From the NCBI GenBank assembly GCA_036382775.1, contig DASVHD010000016.1, positions 8,323-72,322 on the forward strand: DNA of 64,000 bases, given 5' to 3'. Both the position numbers and the translations under genes were made by a program. Each line of letters begins with the position of its first letter. Positions within the stretch are counted from its first letter, which is position 1. The DNA is from a bacterium (GTDB lineage: Bacteria > Hydrothermota > Tepidihabitantia > SM23-42 > JAOAFX01). Shown piece by piece: positions 1-8,374 of the stretch. The notes under the pieces are model-generated. The model was not told where the DNA came from. It searched no databases and was given only the letters and a program-made list of their open reading frames with translations.

Positions 1-59
1 TATGCTTTCAATGATTCGGTAAGAATTACTATTGCATTAAGGAAATTTGACCCCATATC

Positions 60-250
60 CATATCCTAATAAAGGATGAGATTGCTTCCCCTCTTTCCTC
101 GGGACTCCAGTTATCCCCCTCACCCTTACCCTCCCCCTCGAGGGGGGAGGAAAAAGGAGGGGGTGTAAGGTTGCGCACGATGATTGCTCGCAATGACCAC
201 AATAAGACGCTTTGCATCTAATCGGGCAGGCAAAGGGGAGAGGTGAAGAA
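60..250. repeat. composite hairpin-rich repeat cluster (units A', B, E)
   Basis: gagattgcttcccctc...ggactccagttatcccc, ccctcgaggggggaggaaaaaggagggggtg.aaggttgcgcac and gctcgcaatgacc...tgcatctaatcgggcaggca recur at 1255-1700 and 37190-37570. Confidence 0.7.
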
Positions 251-287
251 ACGTGAAACCAATGAGTTCATAATTAAAGTTTTACGC

Positions 288-315
288 TTGACATATACTT
301 ACCTATCGGTATAAT
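288..315 (+). promoter_or_regulatory. sigma70-like promoter TTGACA(288-293)-16 nt-TATAAT(310-315); the ATG at 321 lies 5 nt after the -10, so the transcript is probably leaderless
   Basis: Exact consensus hexamers read directly; no Shine-Dalgarno sequence between the -10 and the ATG. Confidence 0.55.
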
Positions 316-320
316 AGACC

Positions 321-530
321 ATGAAAGCAATGAATATTTTGAGAAAGATTGAGAAGAAATATATCGTGGATGATAAAGGAAGAAAATCCGCAATCATTGT
401 TCCAATCGAAAAATACGAGGAACTTCTTGAAGACATTCATGACCTTGCCATTGTCGCCGAGCGGCGCGATGAAGAGACGGTTAGTTTTTATGACCTTAAG
501 AAAAAATTGAAGAAAAATGGGCTCCTATGA
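321..530 (+). CDS. type II antitoxin (Phd/YefM- or RelB-like), 69 aa
   Basis: Small acidic protein immediately upstream of, and overlapping by 14 nt, a RelE/ParE toxin gene; AT-rich cassette. Confidence 0.6.
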   Translation: MKAMNILRKIEKKYIVDDKGRKSAIIVPIEKYEELLEDIHDLAIVAERRDEETVSFYDLKKKLKKNGLL

Positions 531-789
531 AATTCGATGGAAGAAATCGGCGATTAGCGATCTGCGGAGAATCGACAAGCAGTTTGTCAGCCGAATCATA
601 AGAGGAATTGAAGACTTAGTAACAAATCCTTACCCTGCTCACTCCAAAAAACTCAAGGCCACGGAGCATATTTATCGTTTGCGCATCGGTGATTACCGGG
701 TTGTTTATCATGTAGATGCAGGTGCAAGAACAATAACCATCTATCATATAAGACATCGCAAAGATGTTTACCGCTTCATGAAATTGTAA
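517..789 (+). CDS. RelE/ParE family toxin, 90 aa
   Basis: C-terminal ...YRLRIGDYRVVYHVDAGARTITIYHIRHRKDVYR matches the RelE/ParE signature; start overlaps the antitoxin. Confidence 0.75.
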   Translation: MGSYEIRWKKSAISDLRRIDKQFVSRIIRGIEDLVTNPYPAHSKKLKATEHIYRLRIGDYRVVYHVDAGARTITIYHIRHRKDVYRFMKL

Positions 790-1283
790 TGACAATAATA
801 CAAGGGAAAGCTAAGCTCAACCATCTAAATTCATATAGTCAAAAAAAAGTCGCAACATCCATGTATCAAAAAGGAAAGGATTTCATTCTCGCTGCCATGT
901 TATTAAATCAAAAGAACAGATTTAACTATGTCTACCGCCATTTGATTTGCCAAGAACTTGAAAATATTCTAAAATCATTACTTCTATTCAAAGATTTCAA
1001 ACGGTTCAAACCGCTCTTAAAACCAAGAAGAGAGTTGGGACATGATCTAGAAAAAATAGTACTATGTTGGTCAAAGGAACTTAATGGAAATCGTATTAAC
1101 GTTAAATTGCTTAATGAAATCAAAACACCGAACATATTTTATAAAAATCATCGTCTGAGATACGGGTCAATTGCCGATTTGCTCTTTGATCTTAGAAAAA
1201 GCAAAGTAAAGTCAACAATGAAATTTATTCATAAGATTATTATTAAAGTCAATAAGAAATTGAGATTGCTTCGTCCCGCTTAA
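789..1283 (+). CDS. hypothetical protein, possible HEPN-like (R-x4-H: RRELGHDLEKI) third gene of the TA operon
   Basis: Its ATG overlaps the toxin TAA stop (TAATG); AT-rich; the 3' end runs into a repeat element, so the true stop may be earlier. Confidence 0.35.
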   Translation: MTIIQGKAKLNHLNSYSQKKVATSMYQKGKDFILAAMLLNQKNRFNYVYRHLICQELENILKSLLLFKDFKRFKPLLKPRRELGHDLEKIVLCWSKELNGNRINVKLLNEIKTPNIFYKNHRLRYGSIADLLFDLRKSKVKSTMKFIHKIIIKVNKKLRLLRPA

Positions 1284-1700
1284 GCGGAACTCGCAATGAC
1301 AGAGAGAAAGATAAGATTGCTTTGCACGAGGCATGCTCGCAATGATCCCGATTAGATGCTCTGCATCTAACGGGGCAGGCAGAGGGAGGGATGTAAAAGC
1401 AGAAAACCAGCGACCTTCGGTATGTGAGACCGACGCTCTTTTGCGGACACCCTCAAACCCCATGAAATATCGGGAGTTTTCAGCGAACGCCGCCAGGTCA
1501 CCTTTGGATTCCCCATTTTACTTATTTCATAAGTCCCCTCTCCCACAGGGACACCAATTATTTTTGATGTTCAATTTTTTGATGTTCCTTTTAAAGGGAG
1601 AGGAATAAGGTATGGGTTTAATCCTTAGGTTGCCCCACAGGGACACCAGTATCTTTTATCCAAATTTGTTGAAGCCATCAAGGGAGGGGATTTGTTATAG
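1255..1700. repeat. composite repeat cluster (units A, E, C, D), downstream flank of the TA cassette
   Basis: gagattgcttcgtcccgcttaagcggaactcgcaatgacag (near-identical to 37276-37325); unit E again (1335-1390); cccacagggacacca x2; agggagaggaataaggt.gggttta. Confidence 0.7.
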
Positions 1701-1810
1701 GATTCATGGATGCAAACCGTTGACAACGTCGGTTTTATCAATATAATTGGGGTAAATTCGCAGACAGTTTCTTTGTGAATCCAGCAAGGAGATAAATGAA
1801 ATTCTGACTC

Positions 1811-2722
1811 ATGATGTTGTTTTTTTCAGCGTTGTTTATTTACGCGGATGAACCAGTGACCGCTAAGATCACGGCCCTCGAAGGTGATGTCCGCATTGTA
1901 AAAAGATCCGACGGCCAGGAGTCCATGGCTCAGCTCCTGGGCGTACTATTTGACGGCGACAGTTTGAAGACCGGGTCTGGATCAAAGGCCACGGTTCTTT
2001 ACGCTAACGGAAAGATCCTGGCGATAAACGATCAGGCGCAGATGGAAATAAAGGGCGCGGTACCGGATACGATCAGGGGCAAAGCGAATGACGGCGCCGG
2101 CGCGACCGCGGGTGACGCGTCAGTTCTGTTCGCGTTCGTCACGGAGAATGAGGCCGGGACGAGGAAACTGATGGTGAGGGGTCCGGAGGATTCTTTCGTT
2201 ATCTATAAACCCGGCAATACGGCGCTGATGGACAGCCGACCCGAATTGCTGTGGAGTTCTCGGCCGGACGCCCAGGCTTACGTGGCGGTTTTCCAGAAAA
2301 TGGGTGATATCGTCATGAGCGTGATCACGGTCGATACATTTCTGGCTTATCCCCAGACCATGAATGATCTTGACCCCGGTTCTTACATGCTAAAAGTAAG
2401 CGCGATCAAAGGAAACGACACGGTCGGGTCCGTAGCGCGGTTCGTGAAGATCTTGAAACCCGAGGATATCGAAGGCGTAAAGACTTTGCTTAAACAGATC
2501 GCCGCGCAGAAGTGTGATCCATTCACGCTTCATTTGCTAAAAGCCCAGGTCTATGAGAAAAAGGGATTGATCGCCGACGCGATCGAACAATATGAGATAT
2601 TGCTCTCGCAAAAGCCGGATGCCGCGGTGATCCACCAGGCATTGTGTACTTTGTACACAAAGCTTGGCGTACAGGCAGCGGCAAATAGTCATCTTGACCA
2701 GTACCGGGAACTCAAACAGTGA
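1811..2722 (+). CDS. FecR-like domain protein with C-terminal TPR-like helices
   Basis: ITALEGDVRIVKR...GDSLKTGSGSKATVLYANG resembles the FecR sensor domain; stop overlaps the CHAT gene start (TGATG). Confidence 0.45.
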   Translation: MMLFFSALFIYADEPVTAKITALEGDVRIVKRSDGQESMAQLLGVLFDGDSLKTGSGSKATVLYANGKILAINDQAQMEIKGAVPDTIRGKANDGAGATAGDASVLFAFVTENEAGTRKLMVRGPEDSFVIYKPGNTALMDSRPELLWSSRPDAQAYVAVFQKMGDIVMSVITVDTFLAYPQTMNDLDPGSYMLKVSAIKGNDTVGSVARFVKILKPEDIEGVKTLLKQIAAQKCDPFTLHLLKAQVYEKKGLIADAIEQYEILLSQKPDAAVIHQALCTLYTKLGVQAAANSHLDQYRELKQ

Positions 2723-5496
2723 TGCTGATCGCCGTCTTTATTTTCGCTGCCTCGTTAGACTTAAGAGTACAAAAGGCGGATTCATTATTCGACATCGAGA
2801 ATTACGCGTCAGCGGAAAGCATTTATACCGGCGTCCTGGCGACCGCCCAGGGCGCGGATAAGGCCGCCTGTTTGAAAGGCCTGGGTAACATCCGGTTCAG
2901 TTATGGCGCGTTCGATAAAGCTTACGTATATTACAACGATGCGTTATCGATATTCAAAAAGATCAAAGACCGGCGCGGGGAGGCCAGGATTGCCATCAAC
3001 CTGGGAAGCCTGTCCGTGTACCGCGGGACGCCCGATAAAGCCATTAAATACTACGACCGGGCGCTGGTCCTGGTGCAAAAGATCAAGGACCCTACCGATG
3101 ATGACCGAAAAGACGAGGCGGCTGTTTACCTGAACAGGGGCCAGGTCTATGAGGACGGACGGCAATACGACAGGGCACGCGGGCAATATCAGGAAGCGCT
3201 GGCGATTTCAGCGGCGATCGGTTATGAACGGGGGATGGCCGACAGTTATTACCACAGCGCGTCGCTTTTCCAAAATGCCGGCGAGGCGGACAGCGCTCTG
3301 TTGTACTTGGGTAAGGCGCAGCGGTCTTATCGACAGCTGAATAACGGCAAGGGCGCAGCCGATTGCCTGCGCGAAGCCGGGAACATCCACCGGAAACTTT
3401 CAGATTACACCGCCGCGCTCGACTGTTTCTTCCGGGCGTTAGACCTGGTGAAGGCGGCAAGAGGTAATGAAAAGAGCGTGCTGGGCGAAGCCGAACTGTG
3501 CATGTACATTGGCCGGTTATATCTTGAGATGGGCAAATACCACGATGCCTTGCAGAACTTCACGGCAGCACGGAAAATATTTGAAGGTTCATACGACCGC
3601 ATGGGCAAGGTCTCGGTATTCGAGAGTATCGCCCAGGCCCATTTGTTCACCGCGATGTACGATAGTGCTTTGTATTATTATGAACAGGCGCAGCAAACAG
3701 CAGTTTCAGATATTCAGAAAGCGAGCCTTGTCAATAATGCAGGCATTGTCTATGAAAAGGAGCATAATTACGATGCCGCCATGAAACAATTCCGGTCTGC
3801 CCTTGACATATATACTTTTTGGCACGACAGCGTTGGCATTGCCAAGGTGATGGGCAATATGGCCAACTGCGCACTGGCCAAAGGTGACTATAACAGTGCC
3901 ATAATCTGGTACCAGACAGCTTTGAGTACTGTAAAGAAACTAAAGCGCCAGGACTGGGAAGTCGGGCTATTCTCCAACCTGGGTCGCGCGCAGCAGGGTG
4001 CCGGCAGGACGAACGATGCGATCCAGTCAATGTGCTCAGCGGTTGACCGCATCGAGGCGCTGCGCGGTAATATAACAAGCCAGGAATTCAGGTCGACGTA
4101 TTTTGAGGATAAGATCAAAGTCTATGAGGAACTGGTCAGTCTGTATTGCGACCAGGGCGACGCGGTCAGCGCATTCAACACGGCCGAGAGAGCGAAAGCC
4201 CGGGCTTTCCTTGATCTGGTCGGCAGCGTGGATTTGAGCAAGCGGGATGACATTGATCCCGGGGTGCGCGTTTTGATCGAAAAGGAGCAGCGCCTGGCGC
4301 GGAAGGTGGAATATTTAACGGGCAGTCCCCAGCAGCCGGCCGCGATCGTGGAGCACGTCCGGGTGACTGACAGCCTGGCGCGGCTGTGGCCCGAATACGC
4401 GGCGCTGAGGTCGGCCCGGCCGGTCGATGTCGGCGGTCTGCAATCGGTCCTGGACAGCAGCACGGCGTTCGTGGAGTATTTTCTTGGCGTCCGCAAGGGA
4501 TTCGTATTCGTAGTGAGGAACAAGAAGATCAGCGTTTTGCCGCTGGGCAAGGATCCGGCCGTCATATATCAGGCCGTGGACTCTTTACGGCGCGAGGTCA
4601 GGCGCAAGGGTAACTATGCTCCCTACGGGCGAATGCTCTTTAACACCTTGCTTTCGCCGGTGTATTCTGACCTGGCGTCGGCCAAACGGGTGGGGATAGT
4701 CCCTCACGGCGTGCTTCATCACCTGCCCTTCTCATTGCTCGTTACGCGGGAAGATCCCCGCCGGCTTTTGATCGAGGACCACGATATTTTTTACGTACCC
4801 TCGGCCTCGGTCTTCGAGATCGCGCACCGGCGGAACACACGGCAGAAAGACCGCGCTGTGGTTTTTGCTAAATCGGATTTTGCCGAACACCCCGACTGGT
4901 TCGACGTGCCGTTGCCGGGCACGAATATCGAGAAAGACTCGCTTCTGGCGCACCGGGTTTTTCCCAAGGTCATAGTATTTTCAGACCGGGACAGCGTTCT
5001 TCCCCTGCCCACCGAAAGCAGTGCCAAGCGCCTGCTCGATTCGTTCGACATTATCCATTTTGCCACGCACGGCAAGCTTGACGAAGAATCACCGCTTGAT
5101 TCCCGCATCGTGCTGGGGGCGGATCCGGCCGAGGACGGCAACCTGAAAGTACGCGAGATCTTCAATCTGGCGGCGCACGCTTACCTGATTACACTTTCCG
5201 CCTGTGAAACCGGGCGGCTAAAAACCTTCGCCGAAACCGGAAAGTACGGCGCGGGCGATGAGCTGACCGGCTTGAGCCGGGCATTCATCTATGCTGGCGC
5301 CGCGTCCGTGGTCGCCTCGCTGTGGAAGGTGAGCGATGCCTCAACCGCCCTGCTCATGGTGGATTTCTATGAGCGTCTGAAGGATCATGACAAAGCTGGC
5401 GCGCTGTGCGCGGCTCAGCGCCGGCTGATGAAAAGCGAATATTATGCTGAACCGTTCTACTGGGCGCCGTTCGTGGTGATCGGGGACTGGAGATGA
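2722..5496 (+). CDS. TPR-repeat protein with C-terminal CHAT (caspase-like) protease domain
   Basis: Many TPR units; C-terminal HFATHG...LSACETG His/Cys dyad typical of CHAT. Confidence 0.8.
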   Translation: MLIAVFIFAASLDLRVQKADSLFDIENYASAESIYTGVLATAQGADKAACLKGLGNIRFSYGAFDKAYVYYNDALSIFKKIKDRRGEARIAINLGSLSVYRGTPDKAIKYYDRALVLVQKIKDPTDDDRKDEAAVYLNRGQVYEDGRQYDRARGQYQEALAISAAIGYERGMADSYYHSASLFQNAGEADSALLYLGKAQRSYRQLNNGKGAADCLREAGNIHRKLSDYTAALDCFFRALDLVKAARGNEKSVLGEAELCMYIGRLYLEMGKYHDALQNFTAARKIFEGSYDRMGKVSVFESIAQAHLFTAMYDSALYYYEQAQQTAVSDIQKASLVNNAGIVYEKEHNYDAAMKQFRSALDIYTFWHDSVGIAKVMGNMANCALAKGDYNSAIIWYQTALSTVKKLKRQDWEVGLFSNLGRAQQGAGRTNDAIQSMCSAVDRIEALRGNITSQEFRSTYFEDKIKVYEELVSLYCDQGDAVSAFNTAERAKARAFLDLVGSVDLSKRDDIDPGVRVLIEKEQRLARKVEYLTGSPQQPAAIVEHVRVTDSLARLWPEYAALRSARPVDVGGLQSVLDSSTAFVEYFLGVRKGFVFVVRNKKISVLPLGKDPAVIYQAVDSLRREVRRKGNYAPYGRMLFNTLLSPVYSDLASAKRVGIVPHGVLHHLPFSLLVTREDPRRLLIEDHDIFYVPSASVFEIAHRRNTRQKDRAVVFAKSDFAEHPDWFDVPLPGTNIEKDSLLAHRVFPKVIVFSDRDSVLPLPTESSAKRLLDSFDIIHFATHGKLDEESPLDSRIVLGADPAEDGNLKVREIFNLAAHAYLITLSACETGRLKTFAETGKYGAGDELTGLSRAFIYAGAASVVASLWKVSDASTALLMVDFYERLKDHDKAGALCAAQRRLMKSEYYAEPFYWAPFVVIGDWR

Positions 5497-5802
5497 ATGA
5501 AAAAACACGCTGACGCTGCAGATACGCCTGCGGCTGTAGACACGGCACAAAGTGCCTGTAGTCATGGGATGCAGCGGTGAAAAAGAATGAAGATGCGAGG
5601 TTGTGAGGATTGGAGGATATGAAAAAGCATATGGGTAAGGGGATATGGGGATGGAAAACGGTGAAGTTATGAAGTTGAGAAGTTATGAGGTTGGGAAATA
5701 ATTAAGAAGTATCTCTGCGGTTTTCCGCGAAAATTTCTGCGGGATCCACGGTTTTGGCTTTAAGCCAAAACAACGAATGGCTAATCTAAAAAAGGAGGAT
5801 GC

Positions 5803-6513
5803 ATGAAAGCCATAACAAAGACACTGGCGATCGTAATGATCGCCGCATTGGTCATACCGGGGCTCGTGATTGCCCAGGCAAAAGGACCAGGGGAAAAAGT
5901 CGGGGCCGGGAAAAAGGAAGTGGTCAAGCTCAAGTACGTGAATATCCAGGATGAGATCAATCCCGATTACAATTTTCTGGCTGATATCGGGTCGATGATC
6001 GACGATGCGCGTCATCTGAAAGACGGTAACAGCATGCTGGCATCGGCGCTCATGCTGATCTACGCGGAAAAGAACGCGGGGAAGAAGAGCCCGGCGGTTA
6101 CGGGCGAAGCGCTGGTGAACGAAGCCGGTGATATCGCCAAGGAGCAGAAGAACGTGAAACTGGCCAAGGCGGTAAGCGACATTTATAGCGATGCCGTCTT
6201 CGGTCTGGGTAACAAGGCGAAAGCCGATGAATTCACCAAGCTGGCGAAGGAATATGACGCGGTCGCGGCCACGACCCGCGGCTATGGCTGGGTGAAGATC
6301 ATCAACGAGTCATCGTATTTTGTCGATATTTACGTTGATGGATATTACAAAGGACGTCTGTACAGCGGTTATTACGCGTTTTACAAGATCTGGGAAGGCA
6401 CGACCAAGCTGTACGCCGAAGCGCCCTATACCGAACCTAACAACTGGTTCTGGGGTCCGAAATGGGTCGAGCTGTACGAAGACGAAACCTACGAATGGAC
6501 GATCACTGACTAA
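5803..6513 (+). CDS. secreted hypothetical protein (signal peptide), 236 aa
   Basis: RBS AAGGAGG 5 nt upstream; N-terminal MKAITKTLAIVMIAALVIPGLVIAQA. Confidence 0.6.
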   Translation: MKAITKTLAIVMIAALVIPGLVIAQAKGPGEKVGAGKKEVVKLKYVNIQDEINPDYNFLADIGSMIDDARHLKDGNSMLASALMLIYAEKNAGKKSPAVTGEALVNEAGDIAKEQKNVKLAKAVSDIYSDAVFGLGNKAKADEFTKLAKEYDAVAATTRGYGWVKIINESSYFVDIYVDGYYKGRLYSGYYAFYKIWEGTTKLYAEAPYTEPNNWFWGPKWVELYEDETYEWTITD

Positions 6514-6521
6514 AAAAGTGC

Positions 6522-6553
6522 GCAATCCCTCCCCTGCAAAGGGGAGGGATTGC
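6522..6553 (+). terminator. GC-rich hairpin (13-bp stem gcaatccctcccc/ggggagggattgc, loop tgcaaa) after the 5803-6513 gene
   Basis: Perfect inverted repeat; no clean U-tract follows. Confidence 0.5.
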
Positions 6554-6603
6554 CAGCCGTTTCAATGGTGCCGGAACCATATGATCAAGGCCTGGGGGTG
6601 GCA

Positions 6604-8331
6604 ATGAAGATATCTTTACTTTCCCTGTTATGCGGTGTTTGTTTTGTGACCTCTATCGGTTTTTGCGATGATGTCGGCAAAGGTCCCGCGTTCGTCGTCA
6701 AGATCAGCGAGGAAGCGGCAAAGGAGATCGAAGCCGAGGATGGCGTGCTGAATAGCCCGGTACTGCTGGATCGCCTGCAGCCGATAGTCGAGGATATCAT
6801 GAAGGCCTCGGACGTGCGGCAGATCTTTCCGTGCCGGATCCTGAAGAGCGACGTCGTGAACGCCTTCGCTTTGCCCGCCGGCCCCGTTTACGTGACGCTG
6901 GGGATGCTGGATTTCCTCGATTCTTTGCGCGATGAAGGCTCACGCTCGGTGATCGCGGGCATCATCGGTCATGAGATCGCCCACGTCTATCTGCGGCATT
7001 CGGTCGCATGGGCGCGCCTTAATAATTTCATGAAAGAACAGCCCTCCCAGATACCGACAGACATTGCCCGCATCCTCGAGCTGGGCTACGTGCGCGAGCA
7101 GGAATTCGAAGCCGATGAATACGGCATCTTGTACGCGATGCGGGCCGGCTATGATTTTGAATCGATCATCAAATTTTACAAAAAAGTGCGGGAAACGTAC
7201 GGTGAAACAGCGCCCGGCGACGAGATGTACGCCGACCATCCTCGAATGACCGAGCGGATCGCGCGGCTGTACGAAGTAAGGGCTCAGATCGAACGGGATT
7301 TTGACCAGTTCAACTACGGGGTCGCGGCACTGGCTGAAGGCCGTTACCCGGACGCCATTTCGGCGTTCCGGGCATTCACCTCGACGTTCGCCAACAGCGC
7401 GACCGGCTGGACGAACCTGGGGACCGCCTATTTGTTCGAGGCCATAGCCAAGGTCGAGGGGCCGCCGGTCCGTTATATGATAACTTATTACGAACAACCC
7501 AAGGATGTTCTGCGCGGAAAACCCGAGGAGCTGATCGAAGCCGAGGAAGCATTCCGGAGGTCGGTCGAGATCGATACTGCGTATAATATCGTGTACAACG
7601 GGAATATGGGGATAATCGCGGCACTAAACGGCGAATATGACAGGGCGCTGGAATTCACAAAAAAAGCCCTGGAGGGCAATGAGGGGCAGCATTTTTTCTA
7701 TAACAATCTCGGCAATATTCTGTTTTTAAAAGAAAGCTATGAGGACGCTGCCGACGCATATAAAAAAGCACTGGACCTGAACGCTTATTGGCCCTTGCCA
7801 AGGTACAACCTCGCCCTTACGTTTGAAAAGGCCGGTCAGAAAGAACTGGCGATCGATACCTGGAAGGAGCTCCTCGACGTGTCCGGTTTCAGCGGCGAGG
7901 CTGTTAAACATCTGACCGCGCTGGACAGCAAATTCAAATCGCCGGTGTACGGGGTAGAGCCTGAAACATGCCTGGCCGGTGTGAAAATAGGCATGATCGA
8001 AGATGACGTGCGCGGACTGTTTGGTGAACCGGGCAACCGGATCGTCCTGGAAAAGATCATCGCCCTTGAGTATGATGTGCCGGGAATCCTGGTCTTTATC
8101 CGCGAAAAATTGGTGAGCGGCGTGCTTGCCGAAGGGGCATTTCAGGGAGCGACGGCCAAGGGCATCAAGATCGGTTCGACCGTTGCGGATGTTCAGGCTG
8201 CGTACGGGCTTCCCGACGACATCATCCAGCAGAAGAGCGATGAGCAGTGGGTCTACGGCCGGGTCGGTCTGATGGTAGGAGTCAGCGGCGGTTACGTCAA
8301 TGGACTGCAGCTGGTGGAGGCGAACAAGTGA
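6604..8331 (+). CDS. M48-family metallopeptidase with TPR repeats (BepA-like)
   Basis: HEIAHVYLRH HExxH motif; lipoprotein-like signal MKISLLSLLCGVC; TPR units in the C-terminal half. Confidence 0.75.
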   Translation: MKISLLSLLCGVCFVTSIGFCDDVGKGPAFVVKISEEAAKEIEAEDGVLNSPVLLDRLQPIVEDIMKASDVRQIFPCRILKSDVVNAFALPAGPVYVTLGMLDFLDSLRDEGSRSVIAGIIGHEIAHVYLRHSVAWARLNNFMKEQPSQIPTDIARILELGYVREQEFEADEYGILYAMRAGYDFESIIKFYKKVRETYGETAPGDEMYADHPRMTERIARLYEVRAQIERDFDQFNYGVAALAEGRYPDAISAFRAFTSTFANSATGWTNLGTAYLFEAIAKVEGPPVRYMITYYEQPKDVLRGKPEELIEAEEAFRRSVEIDTAYNIVYNGNMGIIAALNGEYDRALEFTKKALEGNEGQHFFYNNLGNILFLKESYEDAADAYKKALDLNAYWPLPRYNLALTFEKAGQKELAIDTWKELLDVSGFSGEAVKHLTALDSKFKSPVYGVEPETCLAGVKIGMIEDDVRGLFGEPGNRIVLEKIIALEYDVPGILVFIREKLVSGVLAEGAFQGATAKGIKIGSTVADVQAAYGLPDDIIQQKSDEQWVYGRVGLMVGVSGGYVNGLQLVEANK

Positions 8332-8374
8332 CCGCTCAAACGATCGGTGTTGGGTCGCTCACGAAGGAGGTATC

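Noticed and set aside
29-217. 62-aa ORF on the minus strand (and the 173-aa ORF 37082-37603, the 83-aa ORF 1212-1463)
   Set aside because: These are translations of the interspersed nucleotide repeats. The shared peptide strings (DNWSP, CHCEFRLSGTKQSQ) come from repeat units A/A'. There is no RBS or start context; they are not genes.
2944-5565. Many 60-150-aa ORFs on the minus strand inside the CHAT-TPR gene (e.g. 3092-3460, 4122-4565, 4791-5165)
   Set aside because: They are embedded antisense in a long, well-supported coding region with Arg/Pro/Ser-rich low-complexity translations typical of GC-rich antisense frames.
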